Below, piece after piece: positions 1 through 10,800 of a DNA stretch of 42,513 bases (within the stretch, counting starts at the first letter, position 1; each line of letters opens with the position of its first letter). Position numbers and translations under genes: made by a program. The DNA is taken from IMG/VR virus record IMGVR_UViG_3300048605_000012. One strand, given 5' to 3'. The stretch is from a virus. Below the pieces are notes generated by a model. It did no database searches. It had not been told where the DNA came from and saw only the letters and a list, made by a program, of their open reading frames with translations.

Positions 1-123
1 GGAAAATGGATGATTTTTTTCGATTTTCCAACTAGCCGAGAAGTTATGAAGAATTATTGTAGAGAAGCTGTTGAAAAAGAAATTATACCTTCCTCTAAAT
101 TGAGTAATAGACCTAATCCAGCA
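1..123. repeat. Terminal direct repeat copy 1 (identical to 42391-42513)
   Basis: Base-by-base identity with the last 123 nt of the window. It lies inside a coding sequence. Confidence 0.95.
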
Positions 124-360
124 GGTCAAGGTGTAGCATGTTTTTATCTTGAAATCGATGATTATGAGGGACACAAAAAGATCATAGAATTTCTTATAAG
201 TCATAATTTAATTCGTAAAACCAAAAATAATGAAAAATTTTATAATATGTCATTCAAACTAGATTCTCAAACAAAAAATAATGAATATAAAGAAAATTTT
301 ATTTCAAAACTTACTTTGGATAAGTTTATTGACTTAAAAACAGGTGATTGGTTAAAATAA
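1..360 (+). CDS. C-terminal part of a wrap-around gene (full gene 42322..42390 plus 1..360, about 142 aa). Bles03/DUF1917-like small protein, fifth gene of the accessory operon.
   Basis: The reading frame is open from window base 1 and continuous with 42322-42513. Motifs GKWMIFF and GVACFYLEIDDYEGHKKIIEFL resemble the DUF1917/Bles03 pattern (from memory). A bidirectional terminator follows. Confidence 0.6.
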   Translation, partial: GKWMIFFDFPTSREVMKNYCREAVEKEIIPSSKLSNRPNPAGQGVACFYLEIDDYEGHKKIIEFLISHNLIRKTKNNEKFYNMSFKLDSQTKNNEYKENFISKLTLDKFIDLKTGDWLK

Positions 361-361
361 A

Positions 362-393
362 AAATCCCCCTACTCAAATGAGTAAGGGGATTT
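362..393. terminator. Bidirectional rho-independent terminator between convergent genes
   Basis: Hairpin AAATCCCC(C)TACTC-aaat-GAGTA(A)GGGGATTT, flanked by an A-run upstream and a T-run downstream. Confidence 0.8.
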
Positions 394-396
394 CGT

Positions 397-1350
397 TTAC
401 CATGGAAGTTTATTATTGTTCAATGCTGTTTGCAATGCTTTCACCATATTTGAAGTCGGGCTGATGATTCCATCTTGTGTGGTACCCAAAGCTTGTTGCA
501 TTGCTTTGATTGTGTTCTTTCCACACAAGCCGTCAACTGCACCATTGTAGTAGCCTTTTGCTTTCAAGACCTTCTGAATAGCACGAATAAGGTCAGATCC
601 GATCAATGTAGTGTCGAATTGTGCCGAATACAAGTTAGCGTTACACGCTTCTTTGTATTGGTGACTTACTTCGCCATCCTTGTAGGTATCGTGATACTCT
701 TGCAGACGTGTGGTTACTGCAGGTCCCCACTTGCCATCAACGGATAAAGTTGTAAATTGCTCAACAATGTTCGAGGATGTGTTGCCAGATAACAGACTGT
801 TCACTTTATTTTGCACCTGAGTCGCATCATATCCTGCAGCTTTTAATGCCGCATTTCTTGCGTCACCATTTCCCCACAATCCATTAATCACTTCTCTAGC
901 TACCGCTTCAATAGATTTTCCGCCTGTGGTTGTATTTTCTGTAGCTACAATACGATAAAAATGATGTGGCAGACGAGTGCTCATGTACGAGTCATGGCTA
1001 TCGGTATGGATTCCGTTCCAATAGTATGAACAATGAATGAAACTCTTATTACTTAGGAAGATACCTGTATGTCCCCCTGACCCATTAGACTGACCAGGAG
1101 TACCAGCAACAAAAATATCTCCACGCTTCACTTCTGATCGACTAATTTCTTTCAATTTAGTACCTGACATTGCAAATAATGTTTCAGTGTTACCCATGGA
1201 CCCGCTAGGTAGAAAACCACCTGCGATCATGGCCAAGAATACTGCAGAAGAACAGTCGTAGCTTTTAGGACCCAAACGACTTGTCATTGAATAGTTTACT
1301 TTACCTTCACGGTCTAGAAACCATTTGATCATATTTTCAATTGAAGACAT
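397..1350 (-). CDS. Endolysin: N-terminal Amidase_5-type peptidoglycan hydrolase, one CW_7 (Cpl-7) repeat, and C-terminal PG_binding_1-like repeats
   Basis: Motifs VNYSMTSRLGPKSYDCSSAVF, NGLWGNGDARNAALKAAGYDATQVQNKVN and KAKGYYNGAVDGLCGKNT. It follows the holin. Confidence 0.85.
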   Translation of the reverse strand: MSSIENMIKWFLDREGKVNYSMTSRLGPKSYDCSSAVFLAMIAGGFLPSGSMGNTETLFAMSGTKLKEISRSEVKRGDIFVAGTPGQSNGSGGHTGIFLSNKSFIHCSYYWNGIHTDSHDSYMSTRLPHHFYRIVATENTTTGGKSIEAVAREVINGLWGNGDARNAALKAAGYDATQVQNKVNSLLSGNTSSNIVEQFTTLSVDGKWGPAVTTRLQEYHDTYKDGEVSHQYKEACNANLYSAQFDTTLIGSDLIRAIQKVLKAKGYYNGAVDGLCGKNTIKAMQQALGTTQDGIISPTSNMVKALQTALNNNKLPW

Positions 1351-1353
1351 GGA

Positions 1354-1602
1354 TTATTCCTCCTTCTTATCTGTGAACTCCTGACCGTCTCCATAATCTA
1401 GTTTTTGTTCATCTTGATATTGGCTGCTAGCGATATTCAAGAACACACCGGCTAAAGTTGCAGCAGCCGTGATCGTCCCAACAATGATTTCTGTTGAAAA
1501 TCCATATAAACCACCTAGAGTTACGATAAACGCCGTGATACCTGGCACCCCAACGGTTAAAACTTTTTTAGCTAGATCATACTGTTTGTTTGTTAATTTC
1601 AT
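1354..1602 (-). CDS. Holin (82 aa, two TM segments, charged C-terminal tail)
   Basis: Hydrophobic segments VGVPGITAFIVTLGGLYGF and IIVGTITAAATLAGVFLNIA, with an acidic/basic tail. It lies directly upstream of the endolysin. Confidence 0.8.
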   Translation of the reverse strand: MKLTNKQYDLAKKVLTVGVPGITAFIVTLGGLYGFSTEIIVGTITAAATLAGVFLNIASSQYQDEQKLDYGDGQEFTDKKEE

Positions 1603-1613
1603 GATAGTTCCTC

Positions 1614-2078
1614 CTAATGTTCATCAATTTCTTTTTGTTGCAGAATACCTTCATCACGTACATTTAAATTAGATACCTTGGCACGTAATGTGTCGCCAGT
1701 TCCATTTCCACCTAGATTCTTATAGGCTTCAAATAGATAATCAAAGTTGTTCAACTCACCAACAGTGATATATCCACGCTTAATGTACTCATCTGCTTTG
1801 TTCCAAATTTGGTTGTGCAAAGAAGCTTTCTCAGCTTTAACGATTTTCTGACTTCTGACCTCTGCCATTGCTTGATAATCTTCTACTTTTTGTAGACGTT
1901 TATCTTGGTCATTATTTGCCGTTTCTAAAGCTGTGATTGTCTGCTCCCTAAGTTCGTTCTCAGCCCTTTTAGCTTTAACTAGCTTAGTGACCCATGTACC
2001 TACTCGCCAAAGGGTAGCCAGTAAGCCGCTGCCAAATACTGCTGCCCAAAAACTATTGATCTCCAAAAATTCTTTCAT
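1614..2078 (-). CDS. N-terminally membrane-anchored coiled-coil protein of the lysis-proximal region (154 aa from MKEFLEI)
   Basis: The internal ATG at 2078 has the RBS GGGGGAAATTAGA. There is one TM segment (FWAAVFGSGLLATLW). Function is unknown. Confidence 0.6.
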   Translation of the reverse strand: MKEFLEINSFWAAVFGSGLLATLWRVGTWVTKLVKAKRAENELREQTITALETANNDQDKRLQKVEDYQAMAEVRSQKIVKAEKASLHNQIWNKADEYIKRGYITVGELNNFDYLFEAYKNLGGNGTGDTLRAKVSNLNVRDEGILQQKEIDEH

Positions 2079-2137
2079 TCTAATTTCCCCCAACTGAACA
2101 TATGCCACCTACTTTCATAAACTAAAAAGAGCAAGCT

Positions 2138-2386
2138 TTACGCCTGCTCCTCCACTTCATTTAATAAATCATCTTCAATAGCCCAGACTTTTTCTTGAAA
2201 CTCGTCAACGTCCTTACGGCATTCCACGCGATTCTGCCGATATAGATTTTGATCCGTGATCGATTGGTTAATAGTGGTGTTTCCTGCACTGTCTGTTGTG
2301 ACATTTGCGGATAAGTAAATTGCTTGTTGTCCATTGACTTTTGATTCACCAGTGATACTAATTGATTTTTTAACTCCTAATGCCAT
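2138..2386 (-). CDS. Hypothetical small late protein (82 aa from MALGVKK)
   Basis: GGAGGAAAC RBS upstream of the ATG at 2386. The position is between the tail and lysis genes. Confidence 0.6.
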   Translation of the reverse strand: MALGVKKSISITGESKVNGQQAIYLSANVTTDSAGNTTINQSITDQNLYRQNRVECRKDVDEFQEKVWAIEDDLLNEVEEQA

Positions 2387-2421
2387 GATAGTTTCCTCCA
2401 ATTTTTTTTTTAGAAAGCTAG

Positions 2422-2835
2422 TTACTCAACGTTTTCCTTTTCAAACTCATCTAGCAGCCGATCATATACTTCGGCGTCCTTTCCGGATAACATGCCATCG
2501 TAGTCTTCTAAGATTCGAGGAATTTCATCAAAATTCCGGGCATACATGCCACCTTCAATTACGACTTCTTCTTCCATGAGGATTGCTTGTTCCTTGTTGA
2601 ATCCAGCTACATCTTTCGCATCTTGACTCTCGCCATCTTTTAGTTGTCCATTTTCATCCAACAAATTGAATTTTTCCATGAGTGCCTTTTCTTCATCTGA
2701 TAATTCTTTGAACGCTTCTCGGATCCGCTTGACTAATTTTGTACGATGGCGGCTGTCTTTGTTTGCCTTGAGTGTCATATCTTCTAAGAAATTGATTGCC
2801 GGCGCTAATTCGCTGTTCTTTAAAGTGATTTTCAT
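2422..2835 (-). CDS. Hypothetical late protein (137 aa, acidic)
   Basis: ORF with the RBS GGAGGAATTAC. It lies downstream of the tail-tip gene. Confidence 0.65.
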   Translation of the reverse strand: MKITLKNSELAPAINFLEDMTLKANKDSRHRTKLVKRIREAFKELSDEEKALMEKFNLLDENGQLKDGESQDAKDVAGFNKEQAILMEEEVVIEGGMYARNFDEIPRILEDYDGMLSGKDAEVYDRLLDEFEKENVE

Positions 2836-2845
2836 TGTAATTCCT

Positions 2846-2885
2846 CCATAAAATAAGAGTTAGAAGCTATGCAGCTTCTAACTCT
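2846..2885 (-). terminator. Rho-independent terminator overlapping the stop codon of the 1522-aa tail gene
   Basis: A perfect 13-bp stem AGAGTTAGAAGCT/AGCTTCTAACTCT (2856-2868 with 2873-2885) and a 4-nt loop, followed on the minus strand by TATTTTAT. Confidence 0.65.
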
Positions 2886-5800
2886 TTTAGTTTGTTTTTC
2901 AATTGACTTACTTCTTTTTTTAGAGATTGGATCTCCTGCTCATGATCACTAAGGATAACATTTTGATACATGGTCAAACGATCATAAGCTAAACCTTCAA
3001 CTTGACCAGAAGAACCATATAAAACGACTTCCTTTAATCCTTTATTATCGAAATCATCAGCCACAAACCCGTAATGCCTTTGTGGTTTGTCTCCGCGAGC
3101 AATTTCAGCTTTATCGTACCAAGATGAAGGGAGAATAGACAAAAACCGTTTTGCTTTAGAAATTACTTCATCGGCCACTTGAATATCTTCTTTATACTTT
3201 CTTGCAGAAGTCGATCGACCTATAGTTCCTGCATTTGTTATAAACATATTTGATGCACTAGAATAGGTTCGATTATAAATGGCCATGCTCCAAATTCTTG
3301 GCGTACTATCCAGACCTAGCGAAATACCTGCAGGAGCATTAGAAAAATAACTATCACCGCCATTATTTAATTCTAATCGATCGGTTTTTAAAGTCATATT
3401 CGCTCCAGAGTAAACATCTAATTTTATCTGGTTATACTTAGCTTCAATTGGCGTGTATAATGAACCACTTTGATTATGCTTTATACGAACCCCATATTCT
3501 CCTTCCACAGAAAGATATTTGTCTCCATCCATTTGCATGACATAGCTGTCCTTGTTACCGGTGACAATTCTTTTTGCTTCCACGGTATTTGTACTAATAA
3601 ATCTGAGTTTTGCGTTCACTGTGTTGTTGAAGTTAACTATTGCGTCCACATTTCCCAAACCGTACATTTTCCACTCCATATTCGTTCTTGAAGACGTATC
3701 TGGAATTTGAAAGATTGGCATAGAAGTTGTATCAGTTGCTGATCCGGTATTTATTGAAAATACCTCTCCAGGCATCTGCACAATGGCTAATCCCACAGGT
3801 TCTTTCGACACATAGATAGGCTGGATTCTGGCTAATTCGTTTGTGCTTCTTCTAAAATAAATGCTCCCTTTTAGAAGTTCCATACTATATTCACCGGAAT
3901 CTGACTGAGTTATTCTCCCACCAGTCAGATCAATTGCATTTAAAGTGCCCGACACAATGCTATTCGCATTTAAGTTGATAATGTTCACATTTGAAGCGTT
4001 TAGCGTTCCAGTGGTAATCTTGGTTGCTGATAGACTACCGATTTTAGCATCAGTGATCGCTGCATCCGCAATCTGAGCAGTGCCAACTGCGAGATTTGCT
4101 ATCTGCGCTCTACCGATAACACCGTCTTCAATAGTAGTCTGGCCGGTTATCCGAACTTTATTACCGGCAATTAAAATTTCTTCTGTAGATAAGTTGATTT
4201 GATTGATTACATCATCTTTTTGAACCCTAACATTCAATTGGTCACCCAAACTACTAATCTGACTTGTGTGACCATTAGCTAAGTCCGTTGTTTGTTGCCA
4301 TTGACTAGCCAACTGTGTTACCTGAGACTGATCAGCCTTGTTAGAAACTGTAGTCTGAATAGTATCCACACGTTGAACAAAACTAGAGAATTTGACCACA
4401 CTGACTTGATCTTCTGGAGATGGTACCCAGTCATTGACGATGGTTCCCTCAGCAATCATAGCGTGCCAGATAATAAATTCTAAATCATCCGCCACCACAT
4501 TTCGATAGAATACAAACTGCATGGCAGCTGTACCAGCAGCTTGCTTAGCTGGATTCCAAACTAATCTTGCGGTTGTTCCGGCTGGCACATCTAAGAACTG
4601 GCTGATATTATTGTGGACTCTCATCGCTTTCGTTCCAGTATTGCTGATATAAATACTATGGATGTAGTTTACATTAGCAGTTATGATACGGTTAGCTCGA
4701 AGAGTACCAACAATGACGTTAGTTCCTCCAGTCACATTGTGTTTGACTGCATTTGTAGCTTTCCATTCAGTTACAGATTGATTCTCGGTATAAGTTATTG
4801 TAGATCCTAAATAATTTGCCACCTTAGGGGATTCAGAATTAGGTAAATAATTTCTAGCCCCTACCGACAAGTTATCAAGATCATTTTTAACACTGCTAAC
4901 TGTACTGCTTAGTCCGGAATAGCTCGATTGTAAACTGCCAATTTGAGTAGTGTGTCCATCAGTTTTTGTATTTAAGGCAGTGATTTGACCAGCTTGAGTA
5001 TTTAAAGACGATTCAACAGAAGTCACTTTTCCACTAATCGTTTCTACATCAGTTTTATTAGCCTTAATTTCTATCTGCCCAGCCATTGTTGTGATTTGAC
5101 CTTCAGCAGTTGATACTCTTCCTGTTAGAGTATTAACTGTACTTGAATCAGCCTTTTGGGTGATAGCATTAGTATTTTGTGTGATCTTAGTCGTTTGATT
5201 TCCGACAGTTCCTTCAAGTGTGTTAAATTTATCTTGGCTGACTTTTCGTGAAAGCTCACCGTTGATTTCACTTAACTCAACTTTTACTTCACCATCTACT
5301 TTATTTGGATCTTTTATCCAAGTATAGTCTTCTGGATTTGTTGATTTTTCATTGCTAAAACCAATATACGTTGGATAGGCGTTGGTAAAGTCGTCGGCCG
5401 GCGCCGGTGTGTAAATTGTAGCTGTATCAGTTGCCGATTCTGCCTTTTCTATTTTAACGTTAGTGATCTCAAAAAAATCACTAGTATCATAAACACTATA
5501 AAACTCAATCGTATCGTAATCTAGCGTTGCGTCCGTCCGTTTAGTAAGAACCGTGTTTACTTCTAACCGTGTTTTTTCGGTCCCTACATTACGAATTAGC
5601 TTACTGGTAAAGATGAAAGGTCCCTTACGATTTGAATTATAAACGGTTAATTGTAGTCCTTTAAGCATTACAATGTCAAAAGATATAACGGCCCTATCGC
5701 CTGATTCAAAATTGTCGACCCAGGTGGTCCCGATATTAAGAGTTTGGTATTCTTTTCCCGATCTAGCTGCAGCTTCCAGGTCGCCGATTTTGGCGGTTTG

Positions 5801-7435
5801 ACTACCTAAAAAATAGTTTTCGTTAGGGTACTGCGTCGTAAAGCGATCAGTACCATCAGCACTCCAAGCGTAAGCTGGGAACATGCCTAATTCTTTAAAC
5901 TTATCAATTGCTGCCTGCGCATCGGTCTTAGCACTGTTAGCAGCGTTCAATGCGTTTTGAGCATTTGAAACTGCCAGCTGTGCATCTTGCTTTGCTGTAT
6001 TGGCGTTTGATATTGCGGAAGAAGCGTCAGCTTTTGCTTGATTAGCTGCAGCATTTGATTGATCTGCTTTCACACTAGCTTCATTAGCTTTACTTACAGC
6101 ATTGTTGGCGTTACTTAATGCATTGGCAGAATCCGTCTTCGCTTGATCAGCTGCTTCTTGAGCATTTTCTCCTGCTTGTTTTGCCTGTTCGATTTCTTTT
6201 ACCAAATCAGGATCTGTTGCAGTGGATACTTTAAACACCCAATCCAATTCTCCAGAACTATTTTTCTCGTATACCCAAATCTCAGTATCTACACCATTTG
6301 GCTTAAACCAAATATCGCCTTCTTTTGGATCTATAGGCTCTGTTTGATCGTAGTAATTGCTGTTCCATTTATTGGCACTAAGAAGAGATTCAACATAATC
6401 CACTCGTTGATTTAAAGGACCACGGTATCTATAAGTTGCCTGTGAACTTGAATTGGTATTTGCTTTTGATTCTGAAGACATTCCACCATTAAAGGTGATA
6501 TTGTACGACAGATTAGGGACAGAATATCTAGTACCGTCTTTATCAACAATATAGATCCAGTCTCCTGCTTCCAAAATGGGACTTCCACGCCACTTCAATT
6601 CGTAAGGAAAATAATTAAGTGTCTTGACTAGTTCCCACATTTGATTCAAATGTGTTTGAGTCATCACTTTATTCTCAAGCTCAACTTGTGATCCATTGGT
6701 AGAACCAACGCGAATGACATCCGTTTCTTCTTCACCGGTTTTCACCGTGATGCCACCAATTCGATAGCTGTTCTCATTTTTAGTAAATCCCTTTAACATG
6801 TATGATTCTGGAGTGATTTCAAAGTTTGTGGGTGCTAGTCTTTTTATTGTTAATTCACCCTTGCGGTTAAAACTTGCAAAACCACCTTCAAACTGAGCAA
6901 TCAAACCGATTGCTTGGCGAAACGTATATCCTACAGGTTTCTGAACCCACTCAGTTCCAAGAGAAGCAAATGAGGCTTGATCAATTTCAACACCTGCTAA
7001 ATTAGCTATTTCTAACGCAACTTCCCGATATGGCTTAGGATAGGTTAATTTTGATTCATATATTCCTTCCATATAAATCATTTTGTCATTTGCAGTAATT
7101 GTAGTCTTATTACTGTTTCTATCACGCTCAAAGTCTGTTATAAAAAAATGACCTAATTTAGTGAACTGATATTCACCATTAATTAAAATCCCCAACTCTG
7201 GTTCAATTTCTAAATCTTCTTTCACTGTTTCAATAATTGTTGGAAAAACTACCTGAACCGAATTCAGAGGGGTTGAACCAATCTGAAACACTTCACCCGA
7301 TATACTGCCAGAATTAAAAGAGAGTGAGGTAATTTCCTCACTCCCATAGGTGATATCATTCATTTTTAATCTGATTGACAATTGCCTTGATGTATTAAGC
7401 CAAGCAGCATGAATTTCTTCACTTGTGGCTAACAA
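2867..7435 (-). CDS. Tail-tip / tail-associated lysin-like fibre protein (1522 aa) with a prophage-tail N-terminal domain, an Ala-rich coiled coil and a C-terminal S74-type intramolecular chaperone domain
   Basis: TTG start with an RBS, sited after the TMP and a small tail protein. An A/N/Q-rich heptad stretch lies near aa 415-515. The C-terminal region (STSARKYKEDI ... YGFVADD ... GLAYDRL) plus a terminal coiled coil is typical of autoproteolytic chaperone domains. Confidence 0.8.
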   Translation of the reverse strand: MLATSEEIHAAWLNTSRQLSIRLKMNDITYGSEEITSLSFNSGSISGEVFQIGSTPLNSVQVVFPTIIETVKEDLEIEPELGILINGEYQFTKLGHFFITDFERDRNSNKTTITANDKMIYMEGIYESKLTYPKPYREVALEIANLAGVEIDQASFASLGTEWVQKPVGYTFRQAIGLIAQFEGGFASFNRKGELTIKRLAPTNFEITPESYMLKGFTKNENSYRIGGITVKTGEEETDVIRVGSTNGSQVELENKVMTQTHLNQMWELVKTLNYFPYELKWRGSPILEAGDWIYIVDKDGTRYSVPNLSYNITFNGGMSSESKANTNSSSQATYRYRGPLNQRVDYVESLLSANKWNSNYYDQTEPIDPKEGDIWFKPNGVDTEIWVYEKNSSGELDWVFKVSTATDPDLVKEIEQAKQAGENAQEAADQAKTDSANALSNANNAVSKANEASVKADQSNAAANQAKADASSAISNANTAKQDAQLAVSNAQNALNAANSAKTDAQAAIDKFKELGMFPAYAWSADGTDRFTTQYPNENYFLGSQTAKIGDLEAAARSGKEYQTLNIGTTWVDNFESGDRAVISFDIVMLKGLQLTVYNSNRKGPFIFTSKLIRNVGTEKTRLEVNTVLTKRTDATLDYDTIEFYSVYDTSDFFEITNVKIEKAESATDTATIYTPAPADDFTNAYPTYIGFSNEKSTNPEDYTWIKDPNKVDGEVKVELSEINGELSRKVSQDKFNTLEGTVGNQTTKITQNTNAITQKADSSTVNTLTGRVSTAEGQITTMAGQIEIKANKTDVETISGKVTSVESSLNTQAGQITALNTKTDGHTTQIGSLQSSYSGLSSTVSSVKNDLDNLSVGARNYLPNSESPKVANYLGSTITYTENQSVTEWKATNAVKHNVTGGTNVIVGTLRANRIITANVNYIHSIYISNTGTKAMRVHNNISQFLDVPAGTTARLVWNPAKQAAGTAAMQFVFYRNVVADDLEFIIWHAMIAEGTIVNDWVPSPEDQVSVVKFSSFVQRVDTIQTTVSNKADQSQVTQLASQWQQTTDLANGHTSQISSLGDQLNVRVQKDDVINQINLSTEEILIAGNKVRITGQTTIEDGVIGRAQIANLAVGTAQIADAAITDAKIGSLSATKITTGTLNASNVNIINLNANSIVSGTLNAIDLTGGRITQSDSGEYSMELLKGSIYFRRSTNELARIQPIYVSKEPVGLAIVQMPGEVFSINTGSATDTTSMPIFQIPDTSSRTNMEWKMYGLGNVDAIVNFNNTVNAKLRFISTNTVEAKRIVTGNKDSYVMQMDGDKYLSVEGEYGVRIKHNQSGSLYTPIEAKYNQIKLDVYSGANMTLKTDRLELNNGGDSYFSNAPAGISLGLDSTPRIWSMAIYNRTYSSASNMFITNAGTIGRSTSARKYKEDIQVADEVISKAKRFLSILPSSWYDKAEIARGDKPQRHYGFVADDFDNKGLKEVVLYGSSGQVEGLAYDRLTMYQNVILSDHEQEIQSLKKEVSQLKNKLKELEAA

Positions 7436-7445
7436 ATTTCCTCAC

Positions 7446-7802
7446 CTACCTCTCAATAAAACTCATCGTTAAGCCTTCCCACTTTGGCAGTTTATCATGC
7501 CAAGAGTATGCTGGAGCCGTTCGATCACCGACATAGAATGTTTTTGTAACAATGCCACCTTCCATGGGATCTGGATAAGTGACTTCAAAAAATACCGGCA
7601 TCACCGCTTTTAAAATTGGTGAAATTTCTGCATCAGTTAGCGGACCCCACTCAAGGTCCATTTTCCTTTTTGTGGTTAGATAATCACGGGTCATATCACC
7701 TTTGGCGTTACGACCAGAATCACCATCAACCGCTTGGATACCAGCTGTAAACTTTTTAGGATTCTTGATCGTAACACCATTTATTTTTAAATATCCAGCC
7801 AT
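7446..7802 (-). CDS. Small tail protein in the distal-tail-protein position (118 aa)
   Basis: Sits between the TMP and the tail-tip gene. No motif was recognised with certainty. Confidence 0.5.
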   Translation of the reverse strand: MAGYLKINGVTIKNPKKFTAGIQAVDGDSGRNAKGDMTRDYLTTKRKMDLEWGPLTDAEISPILKAVMPVFFEVTYPDPMEGGIVTKTFYVGDRTAPAYSWHDKLPKWEGLTMSFIER

Positions 7803-7816
7803 AAAATCACTCCTTC

Positions 7817-10800
7817 CTATATGTTTAACTCGGTATACCCAAGCTGTTGATGGTATTTGTTGATTTCTTTAACTGCAATACGTCCGAATTCTTTACCGCC
7901 AATATTAATGACAATATCACCATTTGGCGCTTGTGTTGGCGTTGCTCCCAATGCAGAAATAGCATTCATCAATGTGGTTACCATAGATGAAGTGAAGTCT
8001 TTCATACCGCCACCTTCATAGTTCATTTGATTGTTGTTACTAAACGTACTGTTAGACGGTGTGAACGTTGGTTCTTGGAACATTTCCGGCAACACTATAC
8101 TTGAATTGAACATATCCAGTCCAAGATACTCAACGGCTTGTTGAATCAATTCAGCGGCACGTTGTGGTTTCTCTAGTGGAATAACCATCTCTTTCTTGTT
8201 TCCTTCGCCCATACGGTATAAACCGTCTTGATTGACTATGCCGCCGTTTTCATAACCTACAATTCTTCGACCAGTTGGTCCCCAACCTCTGCGACCATAA
8301 GGTAGGTCATACCGCCAATTTGAATTATTGAAGAAAGCTAACAATTGATGATAGCCATTAAAAATATTTTCATAGCCGCGAAGTTTATAAGCATTAAACG
8401 TGGACGGGATATATTGAAGCAGGCCTCTTGCTGGGTTCCCATTTGCCATGTTTATATCCCACACAGCTGAGCTTTGAGTAATACTCTGATTACCACCAGA
8501 CTCTCTTTGAATTTGAGCGAGAACTCCATTAATTTCAGAACTGCTAATCCGCTGTCCTAGTTTGCTTGCAGCCTGTTTGATTTTCGATGTCCATCCACCA
8601 TTACCTACAGCAGCACCGCCGATTGCACCAAACGAAGCATTTTTGTCGATATCGCTTGGTCCAAGAGATCCATTGATATGCAAGTGATCGTAGTGGTCAT
8701 TCTGCGGCCATCTTACCCAACTGCCACTTGATCCAGTACCAGACATTCCTTTACGGTCTCGAACTTTCCCTTGAGTGATTACATAAGCTACTTTTGATGC
8801 AAAGTTATCAAACACCCAATTGGCAGGAGCCATGTATTTAGATGATCCATTCATACTTGCTGGATACGCAACGTCAATTGCCTGATGCTTCCCATGGGAA
8901 TGAGGGTCCCCTGGTCTGAAACCAGAGGTGATTCGCATACCTGGATATCGATCGACAGTCTTTCTAGCGATATCGTATAGGTATTTGTATACACCCCAAC
9001 TTCCCATTGATCCATCAAACGAACTATTTTGTGCTTCATGTCCTGCAGCAAATTTTGATTTAAACCATTCATAGGAACCCTCAGCAACAGTTCCAACAGC
9101 TCCTTTAGCCATTGATAATGCTGGCTCAAAAGCATTACTTAAATTAACAAATTTGGAAACTGCAGCATTCAATAACTTTTTAGGATTAGATGCATAAGAC
9201 CAAATGTCTGAAGCAATTTCTTTTGCACCATTCCACTTTTCTTTGAACCAGTCACCTATTCCGTTAGCATAGGCCGGCACTCCGTACATTGCAGCAGTCT
9301 TTGGACCACTCAACACAGATGTTCCTTTTGGCAAATTTACCATCAAATTTCGCTGTGCCGGGAAGATACCTGTGCGACCGTCTGGCGTACGATAGGCTTC
9401 TTGATAGTTAGATCCTAATCCATCATTGACTAAAGCAGGCCCACCCGGGTGATATCCAGTACCTCTTGCATATTTGGGGACTTCCCACGAAGATAGCGTA
9501 CTTTTTCCAGCTCCCACCTTTTTTAGAACCCAGTTGATACCATCAATGACGCCATTAACACCCTTACCTATTACACTAATCATGCCATTGAAGATCTTTC
9601 CAGCACCATCTTTTACAGACTTAACACCATTACTTAAACCTTTTCCGATTTTGCTTCCAAGACCATTTGCCCAATCGCCAATCTTTTCAAAAACACTCGA
9701 AGCAGTAGACTTCATCGAATTTAAAGAATTGCTCATATTTGTTCTTAATGTTGAAAAAGCATTGCTAGCGTTATTCTTAGCTGCTCCGGCCTGGTTTGAA
9801 ACCTTATCTTTGATTTCATCCCATTTTGATCGCGTATTGCTCCAAGTCTCAGACCATCGATCAGAGACATTTCTTTTTAATTCTTGCAGTCTTGTTGAAG
9901 CATTTTCCTTAGCGGTTTTGGCTTTAGACGAAATAGTAGTAGAAAAGTTATCCCAAGTGTCCTTGGTGTTTTTCTTAACATCTGACCATCTGTTACTTAC
10001 AGATTTCCAAATATCAGAGGCTTTATCAGAGACTGTTTTTTTCGCATCATTCCATTTTTCGCTAGTCCACTTAGTAACTTTTCCCCAAGCTTCTGAAGTG
10101 GCCGTTTTAATGCCATCCCATTTTTCTCCAATCCATTTACCAAGTTTCCCTGCTGCTTCTTTAATCGTATCCCAATTTTTCCAAAGTAACACACCTGCAG
10201 CTACAGTTGCAGCAATCGCAATGGTTATTGGCCCACCTAAAACTGCTACTACTCCACCAATTGCACTGCCCACAGCCGATAGAATTCCAGCAAGTCCACC
10301 TATTGAACTGAGGAAACCGAATATTGAACTCAATACTCCGACGACTGTAGATAAGATACTTAATAATTTTAAGGTCGCCACAAATGTTCCGAAAACAATT
10401 ACAAAGTTAGAAAAACCTTCAGAGTGCTTGGTTATCCAATCCCCTATATCAGATAATACGTCGGCTAAAGATTCTATGAATTCAACAACTACTCCGCCAG
10501 TCCATGTTGCTATAGGTTTTAAGAAGTTATCCCACAACCATTTAAAAGCAGGCTTTAACCCCTCGATAATTCCGTTTAGTAAATTTAGAGCACCACTAAG
10601 TAAATCTAAAAATGCCGGTATGACATTTTCTATAGTAAATTTTGCTAACGGCAGTAAAACATTCTCATAAAACCAAGCTAGTCCAGCTCCTATATTTTCC
10701 GCTAGCGGCTGAATAGATTTCAATAAACCCTCAATAGACGACAATAAAGGAGTAAAGTTAAGCTTCTTACCCCACTCTTCGGTAGCTCCAGCCATTACAC

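Noticed and set aside
1-123. Interpreting the terminal 123-bp repeats as attL/attR or physical DTR ends
   Set aside because: The repeat lies within a continuous coding frame and far from the integrase/attP-like region, so it is best explained as circular-assembly overlap.
9474-10670. 398-aa plus-strand ORF inside the tape measure gene
   Set aside because: It is antisense to a 1715-aa gene with clear TMP features. It has no RBS and a low-complexity Pro/Ser/Leu-rich translation. This is a typical shadow ORF from compositional bias.
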